From positions 174,800 to 238,799 of IMG/VR virus record IMGVR_UViG_3300042147_000020: a stretch of DNA of 64,000 nt; one strand, 5' to 3'. How positions within the stretch are numbered: position 1 is the stretch's first letter; the number at the start of each line of letters is the position of its first letter. This document shows, piece by piece, positions 62,757 to 64,000 of this stretch. The position numbers and the translations under genes were made by a program. The notes below the pieces were generated by a model. The model had not been told where the DNA came from. It searched no databases and saw only the letters and a program-made list of their open reading frames with translations.

Positions 62757-64000
62757 TTAAGCAGCACGCAGACGCGCACGGATTGTTTCCAGGTCGACAC
62801 GGTTGGTGAACTCACCGTTCTTGAAGACCGAACGCAATTCACCAGAACCTTCTTCCAGATCAGCGAAGGTCATTTCCTGCTCTTGTGCGAGGATGAAATC
62901 ACCAGCCTCGTCTTTCACAACACGCAGGAAGCCCTTAGCCGACTTCTTGGCGGTTTCGCCTTCGGTCGCTGGCGCTTTGTACAGGTCGATCAGAGTACCG
63001 CCCACGTCTACAGCAGTAGCCTTGATGGCCATGCCGAAGGTATCGCGGGTGTTGTACTGGTAAGTGTAGCTACCAATACCCAGGACCACGTTGCAGGAAG
63101 CGAAGTTCTTGCGAGCCAGCCGGCGCATGATTTCTTCGGTACGCTGAACGGTGATGCTGTCGCCGTAGATCAGACCGATGTGCTCATCGAGTACACGATA
63201 GTCGTTGTCGTTGACAGTACCGCCGAAGATCTCCCACAGGACTTCGATGGCACCCTTCTCTTCCGCCGACAGGGTGTGTGGAGTGATCAGGTAACCACCA
63301 ACCCAGTGACCTTCTTCGATGGACGCCAGTTCGCCAGCCTTACGACCAGAGAGCTTGTCTTCTGCAAGATAGATCTCACCACCGACCGCACGGAAGTAGA
63401 TCTTCTTCCGACGCTCGGTCAGGATGCCTTCGTGGTAGACCGAGTTGGTCATCAACACGATGGCTTCTGCTTCCGAGAAGACCTCCACACCACAGATGAT
63501 TTCAACAGGATCACCCGAGTCAGGACGCACGACCACTTTATTCAGGCCGGTGCTGTCTTTGGTACGTGCCATGATCTCTGGTTTGAGAGCAGGCAGTACG
63601 TCAGTCAGAACGCCCCAGAAGTTGAAGGAGTCACACACCAGCGAGCAACCGCCGTCTGGGTAGACTTCGGTGATCAGGCGGCGGATGAACTGCTTCTCGC
63701 CTTCCAAACGCAGCTCTTTGAACTCAGCTTCAGTCAGGTCAGGCAGGCCGTCGGCACGACGCTGGTGGATCATCGTGTGCAGGTTCGACAGGATGTTCGC
63801 AGTAGCCACGGCGTGTTCAGTAGCCGGGATAGTGCAAGCCACGAACTGGGTTTCTACGTTGGCACCGTAGTAGTCTTCGACATAGTCGATCGCTGTGATG
63901 GTGTCAGTACCGCAGAAGCTGGTCAAGTGAGCACTGTTCGAACGGCAGCCGTCTTCAGGTCCGCCAACGCCACGGTAGGCGAAGTCGTGACCTTGTACAG
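62757..64000 (-). CDS. nadV: Nicotinamide phosphoribosyltransferase, 5'-truncated
   Basis: HDFAYRG (read upstream of the ORF-track start), GTDT, IPATEH, VCDSFN, RPDSGDP, IYGDSIT, GIGSYTYQYNTRDT, KKSAKG. Confidence 0.92.
   Translation of the reverse strand, partial: VQGHDFAYRGVGGPEDGCRSNSAHLTSFCGTDTITAIDYVEDYYGANVETQFVACTIPATEHAVATANILSNLHTMIHQRRADGLPDLTEAEFKELRLEGEKQFIRRLITEVYPDGGCSLVCDSFNFWGVLTDVLPALKPEIMARTKDSTGLNKVVVRPDSGDPVEIICGVEVFSEAEAIVLMTNSVYHEGILTERRKKIYFRAVGGEIYLAEDKLSGRKAGELASIEEGHWVGGYLITPHTLSAEEKGAIEVLWEIFGGTVNDNDYRVLDEHIGLIYGDSITVQRTEEIMRRLARKNFASCNVVLGIGSYTYQYNTRDTFGMAIKATAVDVGGTLIDLYKAPATEGETAKKSAKGFLRVVKDEAGDFILAQEQEMTFADLEEGSGELRSVFKNGEFTNRVDLETIRARLRAA

Overview
Fragment of a phiKZ-like (Chimalliviridae-type) jumbo phage genome. 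The assignment rests on gene content and order: DnaB-like helicase, gp119-like, major capsid, gp122-like, non-virion RNAP beta subunit, baseplate/virion genes and portal, plus a TATATTAC-type early promoter motif and S-x-E head-protease sites. phiKZ gp numbers are from recalled synteny and motifs, not from a search. From left to right: (1) 1-6030, a translationally coupled operon of four radical-SAM/SPASM-like proteins, one small accessory protein and three paralogous 2OG-Fe(II) oxygenases, truncated at the left edge; this is the strongest candidate for an undescribed biosynthetic or modification system. (2) 6110-29194, endolysin, inner-head protein, RuvC, tail/baseplate proteins, portal, nvRNAP subunit, major capsid and helicase. 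(3) 29271-64000, a mostly minus-strand accessory region of small genes with nucleotide/cofactor metabolism (DHFR, NAD-dependent ligase, NrdAB, ThyA, Nudix, NAMPT), an ATP-grasp GspS-like/lipoprotein pair, a stand-alone AlaRS-like fragment and an HslV/proteasome-beta-like protein. No tRNA, rRNA, CRISPR array, intein or IS element could be supported.
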